The notes beneath the pieces were generated by a model, which had not been told where the DNA came from, made no database searches, and was given only the letters and a program-made list of their open reading frames with translations. The position numbers were made by a program, and so were the translations under genes. From positions 1 through 64,000 of the forward strand of contig JBDHDE010000007.1 of the NCBI GenBank assembly GCA_039591655.1: a stretch of 64,000 bases of DNA, written 5' to 3'. Of this stretch, positions 53,707 to 63,356 are shown one piece after another; positions within the stretch are counted from its first letter, which is position 1, and every line of letters begins with the position of its first letter. This DNA is from Gemmatimonadota bacterium (GTDB lineage Bacteria; Gemmatimonadota; Gemmatimonadetes; Gemmatimonadales; GWC2-71-9).

Positions 53707-54414
53707 TCAGTTCTGCACGATCTCTGGACGCACCGTGAGGATCAGCGTGCCGCCGCCCGTCATGAGCTGTGCGTTGCCCACCACCATCGTCTGGCCGATC
53801 CGGGCGTTCACCCGGGTCATGAATGCCCCTCGTGTGGGACTGCGCACACCGACCTCCATCTGCACCCAGCCGGAGTCGTCCCTCACCCGTACCGAACCGA
53901 TCTGGGCGATGATGATCCAGCCCTCATCCGGTTCGCTGGGCTCTCCCACAAGCTGCTCGATATGGCTCCCCTCCATCCCACCGACGACGGCCTCGTTCAC
54001 GAGCCGGTATCCTTGATACCGGAATAGGCGACGCAGCTCGGCTTCCACCTCGGAGATGGCGGGGTCGCCCTGGGCGGCGCCGTCCGCCTCTATGAGCTGG
54101 AAGTTCAGCCTCACGGTGGGTCTGGGAATGTCGAACTCCTCCAGCACGCGGGCGATCTTCTCCAGGTTGTCCTCGGTCTCCCGCACGGTGAGCGTGTTGT
54201 CGACGGCGCTCATGGAGCCGGGGGCATCCGGCCTATCGTCCCACACGTAGGGCTCGATCATCTGCGCTGCCTGGTGCGGATCCAGGTGTTGCAGCTCGAA
54301 AGTGTGGGTCTCGAGCACAGGCACGCGGCCCTGGTAGCGGAGCAGCGCCCAGACCATCACTGCGAGTGCTGCGGCAAACAGTCCGAATGCGATGAACTTG
54401 CGGTCGAACGGCAT
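53707..54414 (-). CDS. Membrane-anchored protein with a secretin N-terminal (NolW-like) domain
   Basis: N-terminal TM helix; TFELQHL...NTLTVRET..NL.KI..VL.EFDIP repeat, then a short beta-rich domain. Confidence 0.7.
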   Translation of the reverse strand: MPFDRKFIAFGLFAAALAVMVWALLRYQGRVPVLETHTFELQHLDPHQAAQMIEPYVWDDRPDAPGSMSAVDNTLTVRETEDNLEKIARVLEEFDIPRPTVRLNFQLIEADGAAQGDPAISEVEAELRRLFRYQGYRLVNEAVVGGMEGSHIEQLVGEPSEPDEGWIIIAQIGSVRVRDDSGWVQMEVGVRSPTRGAFMTRVNARIGQTMVVGNAQLMTGGGTLILTVRPEIVQN

Positions 54415-54425
54415 AGCTTCCCCCT

Positions 54426-54893
54426 CTAGAAGATCCAAACCACCACGATGTCCGGGTTCTCAGTGTCGAATACGGCCACGTTCTGGCTGGATGACGCCTC
54501 GACTGTCGGGACGGGGACGGCATCGCGTCCGGCGGCGAGGTCGATGGGCTCCCCGGGCAGCTGGCCCCCGTTCTGCGTGAACAGGATCGCTACCAGCGCT
54601 GCGGCGGCGGCGAGCGGAGCGAAGGCCCACCAACGGCGCGGTCTGAATGGCAGCACCCGGTCGCGGGTGTGCGCCTCGGATGCAGCGCGCCTGACTGCCT
54701 CCTCGACTCCGGTCCTCGGCGCAGCGCCGCTTAGCGCTCGAGCCAGCGTCTGTTGCTCTGCTGCGATCAGCTCCGCTGCGGCGCGGCAGCCGGCGCAGGC
54801 GCGGATGTGCCGGCTCAAGTCGGTGTCGACCTCGCCGCTCAGCTCCATGAGGTCGGCCTCGAGCAGCAGGTCGCGCGCGTCCGTACAGTTCAT
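54426..54893 (-). CDS. Zinc-binding anti-sigma factor with one TM helix
   Basis: MNC...HIRACAGC (HxxxCxxC) and a TM segment; ATGA overlap with the sigma gene. Confidence 0.8.
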   Translation of the reverse strand: MNCTDARDLLLEADLMELSGEVDTDLSRHIRACAGCRAAAELIAAEQQTLARALSGAAPRTGVEEAVRRAASEAHTRDRVLPFRPRRWWAFAPLAAAAALVAILFTQNGGQLPGEPIDLAAGRDAVPVPTVEASSSQNVAVFDTENPDIVVVWIF

Positions 54894-55486
54894 CTGCTCG
54901 ACTCCTCCATCAGCTCAGGGTGCCGCTCCAGGATCCGCTTGCGGATGGTGCGGCGAGCCCGGTGAAGGTGTGCCCGTACGGTCACGGGCTTCATGCTCAG
55001 GGCCTGACTTACCTCCACCGGGCTCCAATTCTGTAGGTCCACCAGGTCGAATACTTCTCTCTGTCGCTCCGGCAGCTCCTCGAACAGCGCCTTCACCAGT
55101 TCGGTGACGTTCGAGGCCTCGAGCTCTTCCAGTGGTGTGGCGGTGGCACCTGGCTGCCCACGTTCGTGCCGGGCGCTCCGCTCAACAGCCCGCTCTCGCC
55201 TCACACGCCGGCGATGGAAGTCGCCGGCCGAATTCCGCGTGACCCGGTACAGCCAGGTCGTGAAGCTGGACTGCTCCCGAAACTGCCCCAGGCGCTGGTG
55301 GACCCGGATGAGCACGTCCTGGGTCACGTCGTCGGCGTCATCCCGGTCGCCGGTGAGCGAGAGCGCCCAGCGGTAGATCTGCTGGTAGCAGCGGCGCAGC
55401 AGGTCGCCAAGTGCTTGCTGGTCGCCGGCTTGCGCCCGCTGGACCAAAGGCGTCACCGCTTCGTTCAGGCGCTGGATCTCGCTCAA
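54890..55486 (-). CDS. ECF RNA polymerase sigma factor
   Basis: Region 2 (DADDVTQD, FTTWLYRVTRN) and region 4 (LPERQREVF, TVRAHLHRAR); start TTG 55486 or GTG 55456. Confidence 0.92.
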   Translation of the reverse strand: MSEIQRLNEAVTPLVQRAQAGDQQALGDLLRRCYQQIYRWALSLTGDRDDADDVTQDVLIRVHQRLGQFREQSSFTTWLYRVTRNSAGDFHRRRVRRERAVERSARHERGQPGATATPLEELEASNVTELVKALFEELPERQREVFDLVDLQNWSPVEVSQALSMKPVTVRAHLHRARRTIRKRILERHPELMEESSR

Positions 55487-55595
55487 GCGCGCTCCCGTCA
55501 GGCCCTGTACGACCCTGAGACGTCGGTGAGGGGGATGGCGTTTACCCGACCCGCAATCTGGGTCGGGGGATGGGGGAGGGAAGGGGCCGAGAGGA

Positions 55596-55619
55596 AGGCC
55601 GGCCCCGCAGGACCGGCCT
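55596..55619 (-). terminator. Terminator-like hairpin after the serine hydrolase gene
   Basis: - strand AGGCCGGTCC-TGCG-GGGCCGGCCT followed by a pyrimidine run. Confidence 0.6.
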
Positions 55620-55675
55620 CAGCCGCCTCCACTGTGCACGACGCGCCGGTCACAGCGGTCGCGCTCCCGCGCCGT

Positions 55676-57721
55676 CTACTCGGTGCGCCTTTCGAACAGC
55701 AGGTTACGCACCCGCCCGTTGGAGACGCGAAGTCCGGTGATGTCGCCCCGCCCGTCGCGCTCGAACGCGACTTGCCTGAGGTAGAACTGGCTGCCGGTGA
55801 ACCTGTCTGGAGCATCTGGCGTGAAGGTGGCCGGCTCGTGCCGAATGTGGCGCGCGACCAGCTGGTCCTCCTCGACCACCAGTGTGTACATGGTCTCCAG
55901 CTCCGGGCTGTAGTACACACCCGTGTACTGCTCCAGATCGACGGTCGCCGGATCGAACGGGGCGACTCGCTCGCCCCGTGCCTGCTCGGTGCCGTCGGTC
56001 AACGTGAGCGCCGGTACCCGGCCGTCGTCGTCCGTGAGGAAGGTGACGCTGACCGGCGGCTCTTCCACGCGAAACGTGGCGTCCGACTCGTGGATCATCT
56101 CGACCTGCGGCGCACCCTGGACCTGCGCCAGCAGCCGCCCCTCCTCGTACGTGATCGTGAGAAGCAATCCGTCAGGCAGCTGGTACTGCCCCACGTACTG
56201 TTCCAGGACGGCGGCATCCACCGCGGGCGCACTGGTCTCTTCGTCGGGCGCCTCGCTGGACTCCTCGGGCTCGGCTGCTGCCTGCGCCGCCTGGGCGTCG
56301 GCGATCTCGTCGGCCAGGTAGATGTTAGCCACCTGCTGTGCCATTCCTCCGGGGTTGAAGGCGCCGTGATTGCTGAGAATGGCCACGGCGAACTCCTGCT
56401 CCGGAAACTTCGTCAGCACGCTGCGGAACCCCGCGTCCCCGCCCGTATGGCTCACGGTTGGGAGTCCCCTGTAGCTGCCGATGCCGAGCCCGAACGCGTA
56501 CCCCACCGTGTCGCCGTTGTTCAGCACGGCGCGCGTGCGCACCCGCTGGATGACACTCTCTCCACCAACGCGGCCGTGATCGAGGTTGTTGGACCACCTT
56601 GCCAGGTCTTCCACGGTCGTGAAGAGACTCGTGGCGCCGGCGTTGGCGTAGGAGAGCACAGCCTTCCGGTACCCTCCCTGCCGGTTCGCCACGTAGGAGT
56701 AGGCCCGGTCCGGGACGACCATCTGATGGTCGTCGTGGAAGTGCGTGCTAGTCATGCCAAGGGGCTCGAAGATGTTCTCTGCGGTCCACTCGGGAAACGA
56801 CTGCCCTGAGACGCGGGCAACGATCTCTGCCAGCAGCGTGTAGCCTGTGTTGCAGTAGACCAACTCCTCGCCGGGCGGGAAGTTGAGCTCCCGCTGACGG
56901 CTCATCACCCTGAGGATCTGATCCCGGGTGATGACGTCGTCCATCCTCCAGCCCGCGATGACCAGGAGATTCCACTGGTCCCTGAGACCGCTGGTGTGGT
57001 GGATCAGATGGTGGATGCGGATGGTGTCGCCGAAGTCGGGCATCTCCGGCAGGTGCTTCCGGATGTCGTCGTCCAGTGAGAGCTTGCCCTGATCAGCCAG
57101 CATGGCGACTGCGAAGGCCGTGAACTGCTTCGAGACTGACGCCACGTGGAAGATGGTCGATGGAGTGACGGGGATGTCATACTCCAGCTGCGCGGAGCCG
57201 AAGCCAGTTTGGTACACGATCTCGCCGTCCTGGATCACAGCGACGGACGCGCCCGGGACCCCGGGGCGATCCCACTGGGCGAAGAGCTGATCCACACGTC
57301 CCTCGGGAGTAGTCGCTGCAGGCTCGAGCCTCAGGATCGATGCCGTGTATCTGCCGGGGTCTGCCCCCTCGGGGTCGAATGGGCGCAGCTCGATGCGATA
57401 CTCCCCCGTGGCCTCCGGATAGAGCACCAGCGGCTCGGGTCCCCAGCGGCCATTCGGGCTGTCGACCTCGGCCACCACCCCTCCGGCCGGGTCTGTGACC
57501 TGCAGCATCACGTCGATGCCCTGCTGTTCCACGGTGAGAAACAGGAACTGCCCTGCCTCCAGGTGCACTCGCAGAGCCTGAACGTCCTGCCCGGTCATCT
57601 CCCGCTCCACGGGGTGACCTTGGCGCAGCAGGGGCGCCTCGTCCTGAGCCCGTACGGGTTGGACCGTTGGGTGCGTCAAGGCGGCAACCACTACGAGTGT
57701 GCTCAATAGAACGCGCTTCAT
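55676..57721 (-). CDS. Exported beta-lactamase-family serine hydrolase (D-aminopeptidase-like) with N-terminal PPC-like domain and two C-terminal beta domains
   Basis: ASVSKQF (SxxK), YCN (YxN), HTG; signal peptide; VEQQGIDV...DSPNG..GPE module. Confidence 0.88.
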   Translation of the reverse strand: MKRVLLSTLVVVAALTHPTVQPVRAQDEAPLLRQGHPVEREMTGQDVQALRVHLEAGQFLFLTVEQQGIDVMLQVTDPAGGVVAEVDSPNGRWGPEPLVLYPEATGEYRIELRPFDPEGADPGRYTASILRLEPAATTPEGRVDQLFAQWDRPGVPGASVAVIQDGEIVYQTGFGSAQLEYDIPVTPSTIFHVASVSKQFTAFAVAMLADQGKLSLDDDIRKHLPEMPDFGDTIRIHHLIHHTSGLRDQWNLLVIAGWRMDDVITRDQILRVMSRQRELNFPPGEELVYCNTGYTLLAEIVARVSGQSFPEWTAENIFEPLGMTSTHFHDDHQMVVPDRAYSYVANRQGGYRKAVLSYANAGATSLFTTVEDLARWSNNLDHGRVGGESVIQRVRTRAVLNNGDTVGYAFGLGIGSYRGLPTVSHTGGDAGFRSVLTKFPEQEFAVAILSNHGAFNPGGMAQQVANIYLADEIADAQAAQAAAEPEESSEAPDEETSAPAVDAAVLEQYVGQYQLPDGLLLTITYEEGRLLAQVQGAPQVEMIHESDATFRVEEPPVSVTFLTDDDGRVPALTLTDGTEQARGERVAPFDPATVDLEQYTGVYYSPELETMYTLVVEEDQLVARHIRHEPATFTPDAPDRFTGSQFYLRQVAFERDGRGDITGLRVSNGRVRNLLFERRTE

Positions 57722-57819
57722 ACAATGTCCCTTCTCGGGTGCTGATCGATGTAACGGCGCGGGTTTCTCTATTCCTACCGGTGAGACCTTGATCCGGTTT
57801 CAGGCTGAATGCTGTAAGC

Positions 57820-57852
57820 AAAAGCCCGGGCCAGCTCACCGCGACCCGGGCC
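57820..57852 (-). terminator. Intrinsic terminator of the rnf-apbE operon
   Basis: - strand GGCCCGGGTC...GGCCCGGGCT stem followed by a T run. Confidence 0.7.
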
Positions 57853-57879
57853 TCTAATCTCCTCAATCGTGTGGAGCGC

Positions 57880-58878
57880 CTAGAGTGCGCTCACGATACG
57901 CGCGTCACCGGGACGGCGAACGAGCAGCTCCTGGGCCTCCTCAGGTTGCATGCCGAATGCCGTGGTAGCGGCAGCATCGGCCGTGATGCAGAGATTGGCC
58001 TGCACCGTGACACTGTGCGCCGCACCCACACGGGGCGACCCTGTAGCGGGGTCGATCAGGTGGTGGTATCGCTGTCCGCCGTGCTGGAAGTACTGCAGGT
58101 AGTCGCCGGATGTTGCCACAGCGGCATTCGTCACCTCGAGCTTCCCGCTGAGCTTGTCGGGGTCGTCGGGCGAGCGGACACCGACCCTCCACGGGTCGCC
58201 GTCCTCTGACGTGCCCAGTGCGTAGAGGTCGCCGCCCACGTTCGCCAGTCCGTTCTCGATGCCCCAGTCGCGCAGCGCCTGTACGGCACGGTCCACGCCG
58301 TATCCCTTGCCGATTCCGCCCAGGTCGATTGCGACGTACGGATCCGTGATCCGCACCGCCGGTCGTCCCCGGTGCGTGCCGAGGTCCAGCCCCTTGTACA
58401 GCCGGCGCCCAGCGAGCCGCTGCACCTCGGCCTTAGGTGGCGGCGCCGAGCGGTTAGCCAGGTCCCACAGCTCCATCACCCGAGCCAGGCAGGGATCGAA
58501 CGCGCCGTCGCTGGCCTCGGCCCACCCCACCGCCTCGTGGAGTACCTCGTGCGTATGATCGCTCACCTGCACCGCGTCGTCGTCGGCGAGGCGGTTCACG
58601 CGCCCAACGTCGGAGCGGTCGTCGAACCGGGTCATCAGCCGCTCGACAGCGCGGAGCTCGTCGAACGCCCCATCGATCGCCAGATGGGCATAGCGTTCGT
58701 CTGAGTGCACCACGCCGACTTCGGCCAGGGTCCCCATGACGGGTATCGTGCGGCGCACCAGCCGGCGCGGCCTGCGCCGGGCGAACGGTACGGCGGCCAC
58801 CGCCAGGGCACCGATTCCCAGGGCGATCACGTCGCGCCGCGAGGGGCGGCGGGGTGCTTGCGAGTCAGGATGCTGCAT
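57880..58878 (-). CDS. apbE: FAD:protein FMN transferase ApbE with Tat-like signal
   Basis: SRRDVIAL, VMGT, DGAFDP, DLGGIGKGY, VATSGDY, HLIDP.TG, ADAAAT. Confidence 0.93.
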   Translation of the reverse strand: MQHPDSQAPRRPSRRDVIALGIGALAVAAVPFARRRPRRLVRRTIPVMGTLAEVGVVHSDERYAHLAIDGAFDELRAVERLMTRFDDRSDVGRVNRLADDDAVQVSDHTHEVLHEAVGWAEASDGAFDPCLARVMELWDLANRSAPPPKAEVQRLAGRRLYKGLDLGTHRGRPAVRITDPYVAIDLGGIGKGYGVDRAVQALRDWGIENGLANVGGDLYALGTSEDGDPWRVGVRSPDDPDKLSGKLEVTNAAVATSGDYLQYFQHGGQRYHHLIDPATGSPRVGAAHSVTVQANLCITADAAATTAFGMQPEEAQELLVRRPGDARIVSAL

Positions 58879-59044
58879 GATTCGACTCCGATACGTCAGA
58901 CATCAGCTCACACGTCGAGCAGTGCGGACCGGCCGGCTCGTGAGCGCAGCTGCTGCACCCGGCCCGGCGGCCCGAGCAGCGCTGCATCAGGCCGAAGGCC
59001 ACGAACAGCGCCGCGATGCCGAGAACTCCGAGAACGCTGGTCAC
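58865..59044 (-). CDS. Small Cys-rich membrane protein (59 aa)
   Basis: GTG start overlaps the rnfA TGA; TM helix followed by C-x6-CSSC-x7-CSTC. Confidence 0.65.
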   Translation of the reverse strand: MTSVLGVLGIAALFVAFGLMQRCSGRRAGCSSCAHEPAGPHCSTCELMSDVSESNHAAS

Positions 59045-59619
59045 GATGAGCTCAACAGTCCGGCGAAGCCCATGAACGCCAGTGATAGGCTGCCGGCGAT
59101 GATCAGCACCAGCGCCATGCCCTTCGCCATCCTCGGCACGGTGGCGAGCTCCGAGCTCTCCCGGATGGATGCCATCAGGACCAGGGCCAGCGTGAGGCCC
59201 AGTCCGGCGCCGATGGCGAACGACAACCCCTGCACGAGCCCGTAGCCGCGGTTGGTCTGGAACAGCGCCAGTCCGAGGATCGCGCAGTTGGTGGTGATCA
59301 GCGGCAGGAAGATCCCCAACTGCCGGAACAGCTTGGGACTCACCTTCTTGATCACCAACTCCGTGATCTGCACGAAGGAGGCGATCACCACGATAAACGA
59401 GATGAGCCGCAGATACGGTGCGTAGGGCAGGATGAACGTGTTCAGGAACCACGCGCAGAGGGAAGCCATGGTCATCACGAAGATGTTGGCCCCGCCCATG
59501 CGGATGGCGGTCTCCACCCGGGCCGACACGCCCATGAAGGGACACAGGCCCAGGAAGTAGTACAGCGTGAAGTTGTTGACCACCATGGCCGAGACCAGGA
59601 TCCAGAAGAACTCGCCCAT
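59041..59619 (-). CDS. rnfA: Rnf complex subunit A
   Basis: NNF.L..FLGLCPF.GVS, LGIFLPLITTNCAILG. Confidence 0.93.
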   Translation of the reverse strand: MGEFFWILVSAMVVNNFTLYYFLGLCPFMGVSARVETAIRMGGANIFVMTMASLCAWFLNTFILPYAPYLRLISFIVVIASFVQITELVIKKVSPKLFRQLGIFLPLITTNCAILGLALFQTNRGYGLVQGLSFAIGAGLGLTLALVLMASIRESSELATVPRMAKGMALVLIIAGSLSLAFMGFAGLLSSS

Positions 59620-60290
59620 TAGGCGGCCCTCCGTTCGCCCGGCTCGCCCACGCCCTCCGGCCACTCCCGCACCTTCGCCCGCTCGGTCTTGCGCTCCTCC
59701 CACCAGTTGAGGAGCAGCAGCCAGAATCCCAGGGTGAGGAACCCCCCCGGCGGCAGGATGAAGATCACCCACGGCTCGAAGTTGCCGGGGATGACCTTGA
59801 TGTTCATCAGCGTTCCCTGACCGAGGACCTCCCGCACGCCGCCCATCATTACCAGGGCGATCATGAACCCTATACCGGTGCCGAAGGCGTCCAGCAGCGA
59901 GCGCCCGACGGGGCGCTTCGAGGCGAAGGCCTCCTGGCGCGACAGGATCATGCAGTTCACCACGATGAGCGCCACGAACGCGCCGAGCTGCTTGTGCACC
60001 ACCGGCACGATGGCCTCGAGGCTCATGTCCGCCACCGTCACGAACGTGGCGATGATCAGGATGAACGTGGGGATCCGCACCTCGCCGGGGATGAGCTTCT
60101 TGATGACCGAGACCATGAGACTGGAGCCCGTGAGCACGAAGAACGTGGCGATGCCCATCCACAGGCTGTTCTCGACCGTGTTGGTGACGGCCAGGGCGGG
60201 ACAGAGGCCCAGCATCTGAATCAGCACCGGGTTCTCGTTCCAGATGCCGCGGAAGAAGTCGACCTGGGGCGTCGTCTCCCGCGGGCTCAT
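59619..60290 (-). CDS. rnfE: Rnf complex subunit E
   Basis: ENPVL...LGLCP.LAVT, VRIP, LIVVNC, LPPGGF. Confidence 0.93.
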   Translation of the reverse strand: MSPRETTPQVDFFRGIWNENPVLIQMLGLCPALAVTNTVENSLWMGIATFFVLTGSSLMVSVIKKLIPGEVRIPTFILIIATFVTVADMSLEAIVPVVHKQLGAFVALIVVNCMILSRQEAFASKRPVGRSLLDAFGTGIGFMIALVMMGGVREVLGQGTLMNIKVIPGNFEPWVIFILPPGGFLTLGFWLLLLNWWEERKTERAKVREWPEGVGEPGERRAA

Positions 60291-61015
60291 GGCATGCCTC
60301 CCGCGCCGCGCTGTGGTATCGCGCTAGCCTCCACGCTCTCACCGGTGCGTGGCGGCCGCGCCGTCGCCGCCTGCTCCACGTACGCATCCATCATCGGCCC
60401 CAGCCGCTCGATCTGATTGTTGATGATACGGATCACCACCCGCGAGGAGATGGTGGCGCCGGTGATCATGTCGATCTCGTGCGCCTCGCCCGTCGCCTCC
60501 CGGGGTTTGACTCCCAGTAGCGGCGCCAGGGCGCCATCGAACTGGTTCACGAACGCGGTGTCCTTCTCGATCTTGTCGCCCAGGCCCGGCGTCTCCTTGC
60601 TCTCCAGCACCTTCATGCCCAGCATGGTCTGCTCCGCCCGGTCATAGCCGAAGATCACCCGCACGATGTCCTGGAACCCGGGCTCTCCGTATGCCACCGC
60701 GAAACCGATGCGCTCGCCGCTCTCGGTATAGCCGAGGAAGATCTGCTCGAGGCCTGCCCCGTCCACGCCCTGCGGCAGCTCCTTGAGGAGGGCGCCGTCG
60801 TAGACATAGAGCGTATCGAAGTGATCCGGCTCCTTCAGCACCTCCTGCACCGCGAGGCGGAGCTGCTCCGCCTTGTACGCCTGGATGATGGGCTGCGACC
60901 ACGCGTAGACGAACACGATGAGAAACCCGGCCACGGCTCCCGCTGCCCCCAGCGTTACGAGCAGCTTCGAGACCGGGACCTGCGCCTTGTGCGGGGCTCC
61001 GGGCGGCGCGGTCAT
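60287..61015 (-). CDS. rnfG: Rnf complex subunit G (FMN-binding)
   Basis: N-terminal TM helix, ETPGLG, DMITGATISS flavinylation motif. Confidence 0.9.
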   Translation of the reverse strand: MTAPPGAPHKAQVPVSKLLVTLGAAGAVAGFLIVFVYAWSQPIIQAYKAEQLRLAVQEVLKEPDHFDTLYVYDGALLKELPQGVDGAGLEQIFLGYTESGERIGFAVAYGEPGFQDIVRVIFGYDRAEQTMLGMKVLESKETPGLGDKIEKDTAFVNQFDGALAPLLGVKPREATGEAHEIDMITGATISSRVVIRIINNQIERLGPMMDAYVEQAATARPPRTGESVEASAIPQRGAGGMP

Positions 61016-62025
61016 GCGCTCCCCTTCGCCTGCTCCGGCTTGGTCGCGCCGAATACCTTGGGCTGGGTAGCCCGGTTGATGAACGGCACCAGGGCGTTCA
61101 TCAGCAGGATGGCATACATCACGCCCTCGGCGAGCCCACCCCACAGCCGGATCACCACGACCAGGAAGCCGATGCCGAAGCCGAAGAGCCAGCAGCCCAG
61201 GTTCGTGACCGGCGAGGTCACCATGTCGGTGGCCATGTACACGGCGCCGATCATGAGGCCGCCGGAGAACAGCATGAACCAGGGATCGGGATAGCGGACC
61301 GCGTCGATCAGGTGCAGCAGTCCAGCCAACACGCCGACGGTTAGGAAGATGCTGGCCGGGATGCGCCAGTTGAGGTAGTTGCGCAGCGCGAGGTAGGCGC
61401 CGCAGACGAGGATCAGCACACCGGCGGTCTCCCCCAGCGAGCCCTCAGTGGCCCCGATCACCAGGCGCCACAGCTCGGTCCCGGTCTGCTCGAACTTCTG
61501 CAGGCCCAGCGGCGTGGCGGTGGTGACCACGTCCACCTCGCGGGCCGCCATGAGGGGCAGGGCCAGGTTGTCGCCCCGCAGCTGCCACCAGTTCTCCCGG
61601 ATCACCGGCCAGGTGGTGAGCGCCACCGGGAAGGCCGCCTGGAGGAACGCCCGGCCCAACAACGCGGGGTTGAAGATGTTCTGCCCCAGCCCGCCGAAGA
61701 TGAGTTTGCCGAAGCCGATGGCGAATACGCCGCCCACGAAAGCCATCCACAGGGGGATCCCGGCCGGGAGGATGAGCCCCAGCAGCAGTCCCGTGATCAT
61801 GGCCGAGCCGTCGAGCAGCGTCTCTCTCTTGCCGAACACCCATTCAGTGAGGAGGCACCCCACGAGGCTCGCTAGGATGACGAGCACGGCGCTGGGCCCG
61901 AAGTAGTAGATCGACGCGCCCACGATGGGCAGCAGGGAGAGCACCACGTGCCACATGATCTTGGGCGTGGTGTCCCGCTCGGCGAGGTGTGGCGAGGCGG
62001 TAATGAGGAAGCGCGGCGTGGTCAT
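61012..62025 (-). CDS. rnfD: Rnf complex subunit D
   Basis: SPH, DGSAMITG, FGGLGQNIFNPAL, TTATPL, GSLGET, MATD.VTSP. Confidence 0.93.
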   Translation of the reverse strand: MTTPRFLITASPHLAERDTTPKIMWHVVLSLLPIVGASIYYFGPSAVLVILASLVGCLLTEWVFGKRETLLDGSAMITGLLLGLILPAGIPLWMAFVGGVFAIGFGKLIFGGLGQNIFNPALLGRAFLQAAFPVALTTWPVIRENWWQLRGDNLALPLMAAREVDVVTTATPLGLQKFEQTGTELWRLVIGATEGSLGETAGVLILVCGAYLALRNYLNWRIPASIFLTVGVLAGLLHLIDAVRYPDPWFMLFSGGLMIGAVYMATDMVTSPVTNLGCWLFGFGIGFLVVVIRLWGGLAEGVMYAILLMNALVPFINRATQPKVFGATKPEQAKGSA

Positions 62026-63344
62026 GCCGCCGCCTTGGCTCTCTGCAGCCCCGCCTTGCCCATGGTGAACAGTTGCGACAGCGGGATGTTCGAGGGGCAG
62101 GTGTAGCTGCAGCAGCCGCACAGCATGCAGTCCAGCAGGTGGTGCTGCTCCATCTCCTCCCACCGCTCCGACAGTGCGAGCTGCCCCAGAATCTGCGGGT
62201 TCAAGAACACCGGGCAGGCGTCCACGCAGTGCCCGCAGCTAATGCAGGGGTAGGACTGCTGCGGCTTGACCTCCCGCTCGCTGAGCACCACGAGCCCCGT
62301 GGTGCCCTTCATGACCGGGGCGTCGAGGTCGGCCACGGCCGTGCCCATCATCGGCCCGCCGAACACTACCTCCCGGGCGTCGGGCATGAGGCCGCCGCAG
62401 GCGTCGATCAGATCGCGCGTCTTGGTGCCCACCGGCACGATGAGGTTCGAGGGCTGCCGGATCCCGAGCCCGGTGACGGTCACGATCCGCTCGATGAGCG
62501 GCAGCCCCGTCTCGAACACCTCGGCGATGGTGGCCACCGAGGCCACGTTGTGCACCACCACGCCCACTTGCATGGGGAGCCCGCCCGAGGGCACCTCGCG
62601 GTCGAGCAATGCCTTGATCAACATCTTCTCGGCGCCCTGGGGGTACTTCACCGTGAGGGGGTGCACCGAGACGTCGATGTCGCTCGGGAGTGTCTCCTGC
62701 AGCCGCGCCACTGCGTCGGGCTTGTTCTTCTCGATCCCGATCATTGCCCGATCGACCCCGAGGCACTTCATCATGATGCGGATCCCGAGGTGCACCCGCT
62801 CGGGGTACTCCACCATGGTGCGGTGGTCGGTGGTGAGGTACGGCTCGCACTCCGCGCCGTTGATGAGGATCGTATCGACGGGAGAGTCCTTGGGCGGCTG
62901 CAGCTTTACGTGCGTGGGGAACGCGGCGCCGCCCAGGCCCACCACACCGGCCTGGCGCACCGCCTCCACCAGCTGCTCGCGGGACAGCCCCTCCCAGTCG
63001 GGGATGATCCGGGGCCGCGGCGCCTGGGCTGAGAATGCCTCCACCTTGATGCGCACCGCCGGCTGGAAGCTGCCCGTCGGGTGGGGCCAGAGGTCGATGG
63101 CCTCGACCGTGCCGGCCGCCGACGCGTGGATCGGCGACGAGATGAACCCGTCGGCCTCGCCGATCTTGTCGCCGCGCTCCACTCGGTCGCCGACGCGCAC
63201 GATGGGCGTCGCCGGCTTGCCGGTGTGCTGCGACAGCGGCAGAACGATCTCTTCGGGGAAGGGCATCCGCCGAATGGGGGTGCCGGCCGTGAGCTCCTTG
63301 AGCTCCGGCGGGTGCACCCCGTGGCGGAACCTCAGGTGGGCCAT
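62022..63344 (-). CDS. rnfC: Rnf complex subunit C (short form)
   Basis: GVVGLGGAAFPTHVK, NGAECEPYLT, YPQGAEK, GGPMMG, CISCGHCVDACP, CMLCGCCSYTCPS. Confidence 0.95.
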   Translation of the reverse strand: MAHLRFRHGVHPPELKELTAGTPIRRMPFPEEIVLPLSQHTGKPATPIVRVGDRVERGDKIGEADGFISSPIHASAAGTVEAIDLWPHPTGSFQPAVRIKVEAFSAQAPRPRIIPDWEGLSREQLVEAVRQAGVVGLGGAAFPTHVKLQPPKDSPVDTILINGAECEPYLTTDHRTMVEYPERVHLGIRIMMKCLGVDRAMIGIEKNKPDAVARLQETLPSDIDVSVHPLTVKYPQGAEKMLIKALLDREVPSGGLPMQVGVVVHNVASVATIAEVFETGLPLIERIVTVTGLGIRQPSNLIVPVGTKTRDLIDACGGLMPDAREVVFGGPMMGTAVADLDAPVMKGTTGLVVLSEREVKPQQSYPCISCGHCVDACPVFLNPQILGQLALSERWEEMEQHHLLDCMLCGCCSYTCPSNIPLSQLFTMGKAGLQRAKAAA

Positions 63345-63356
63345 CAGCGCTTCACG

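Noticed and set aside
55166..56809. 547-aa plus-strand ORF
   Set aside because: Antisense to the ECF sigma and serine hydrolase genes; no recognisable domain
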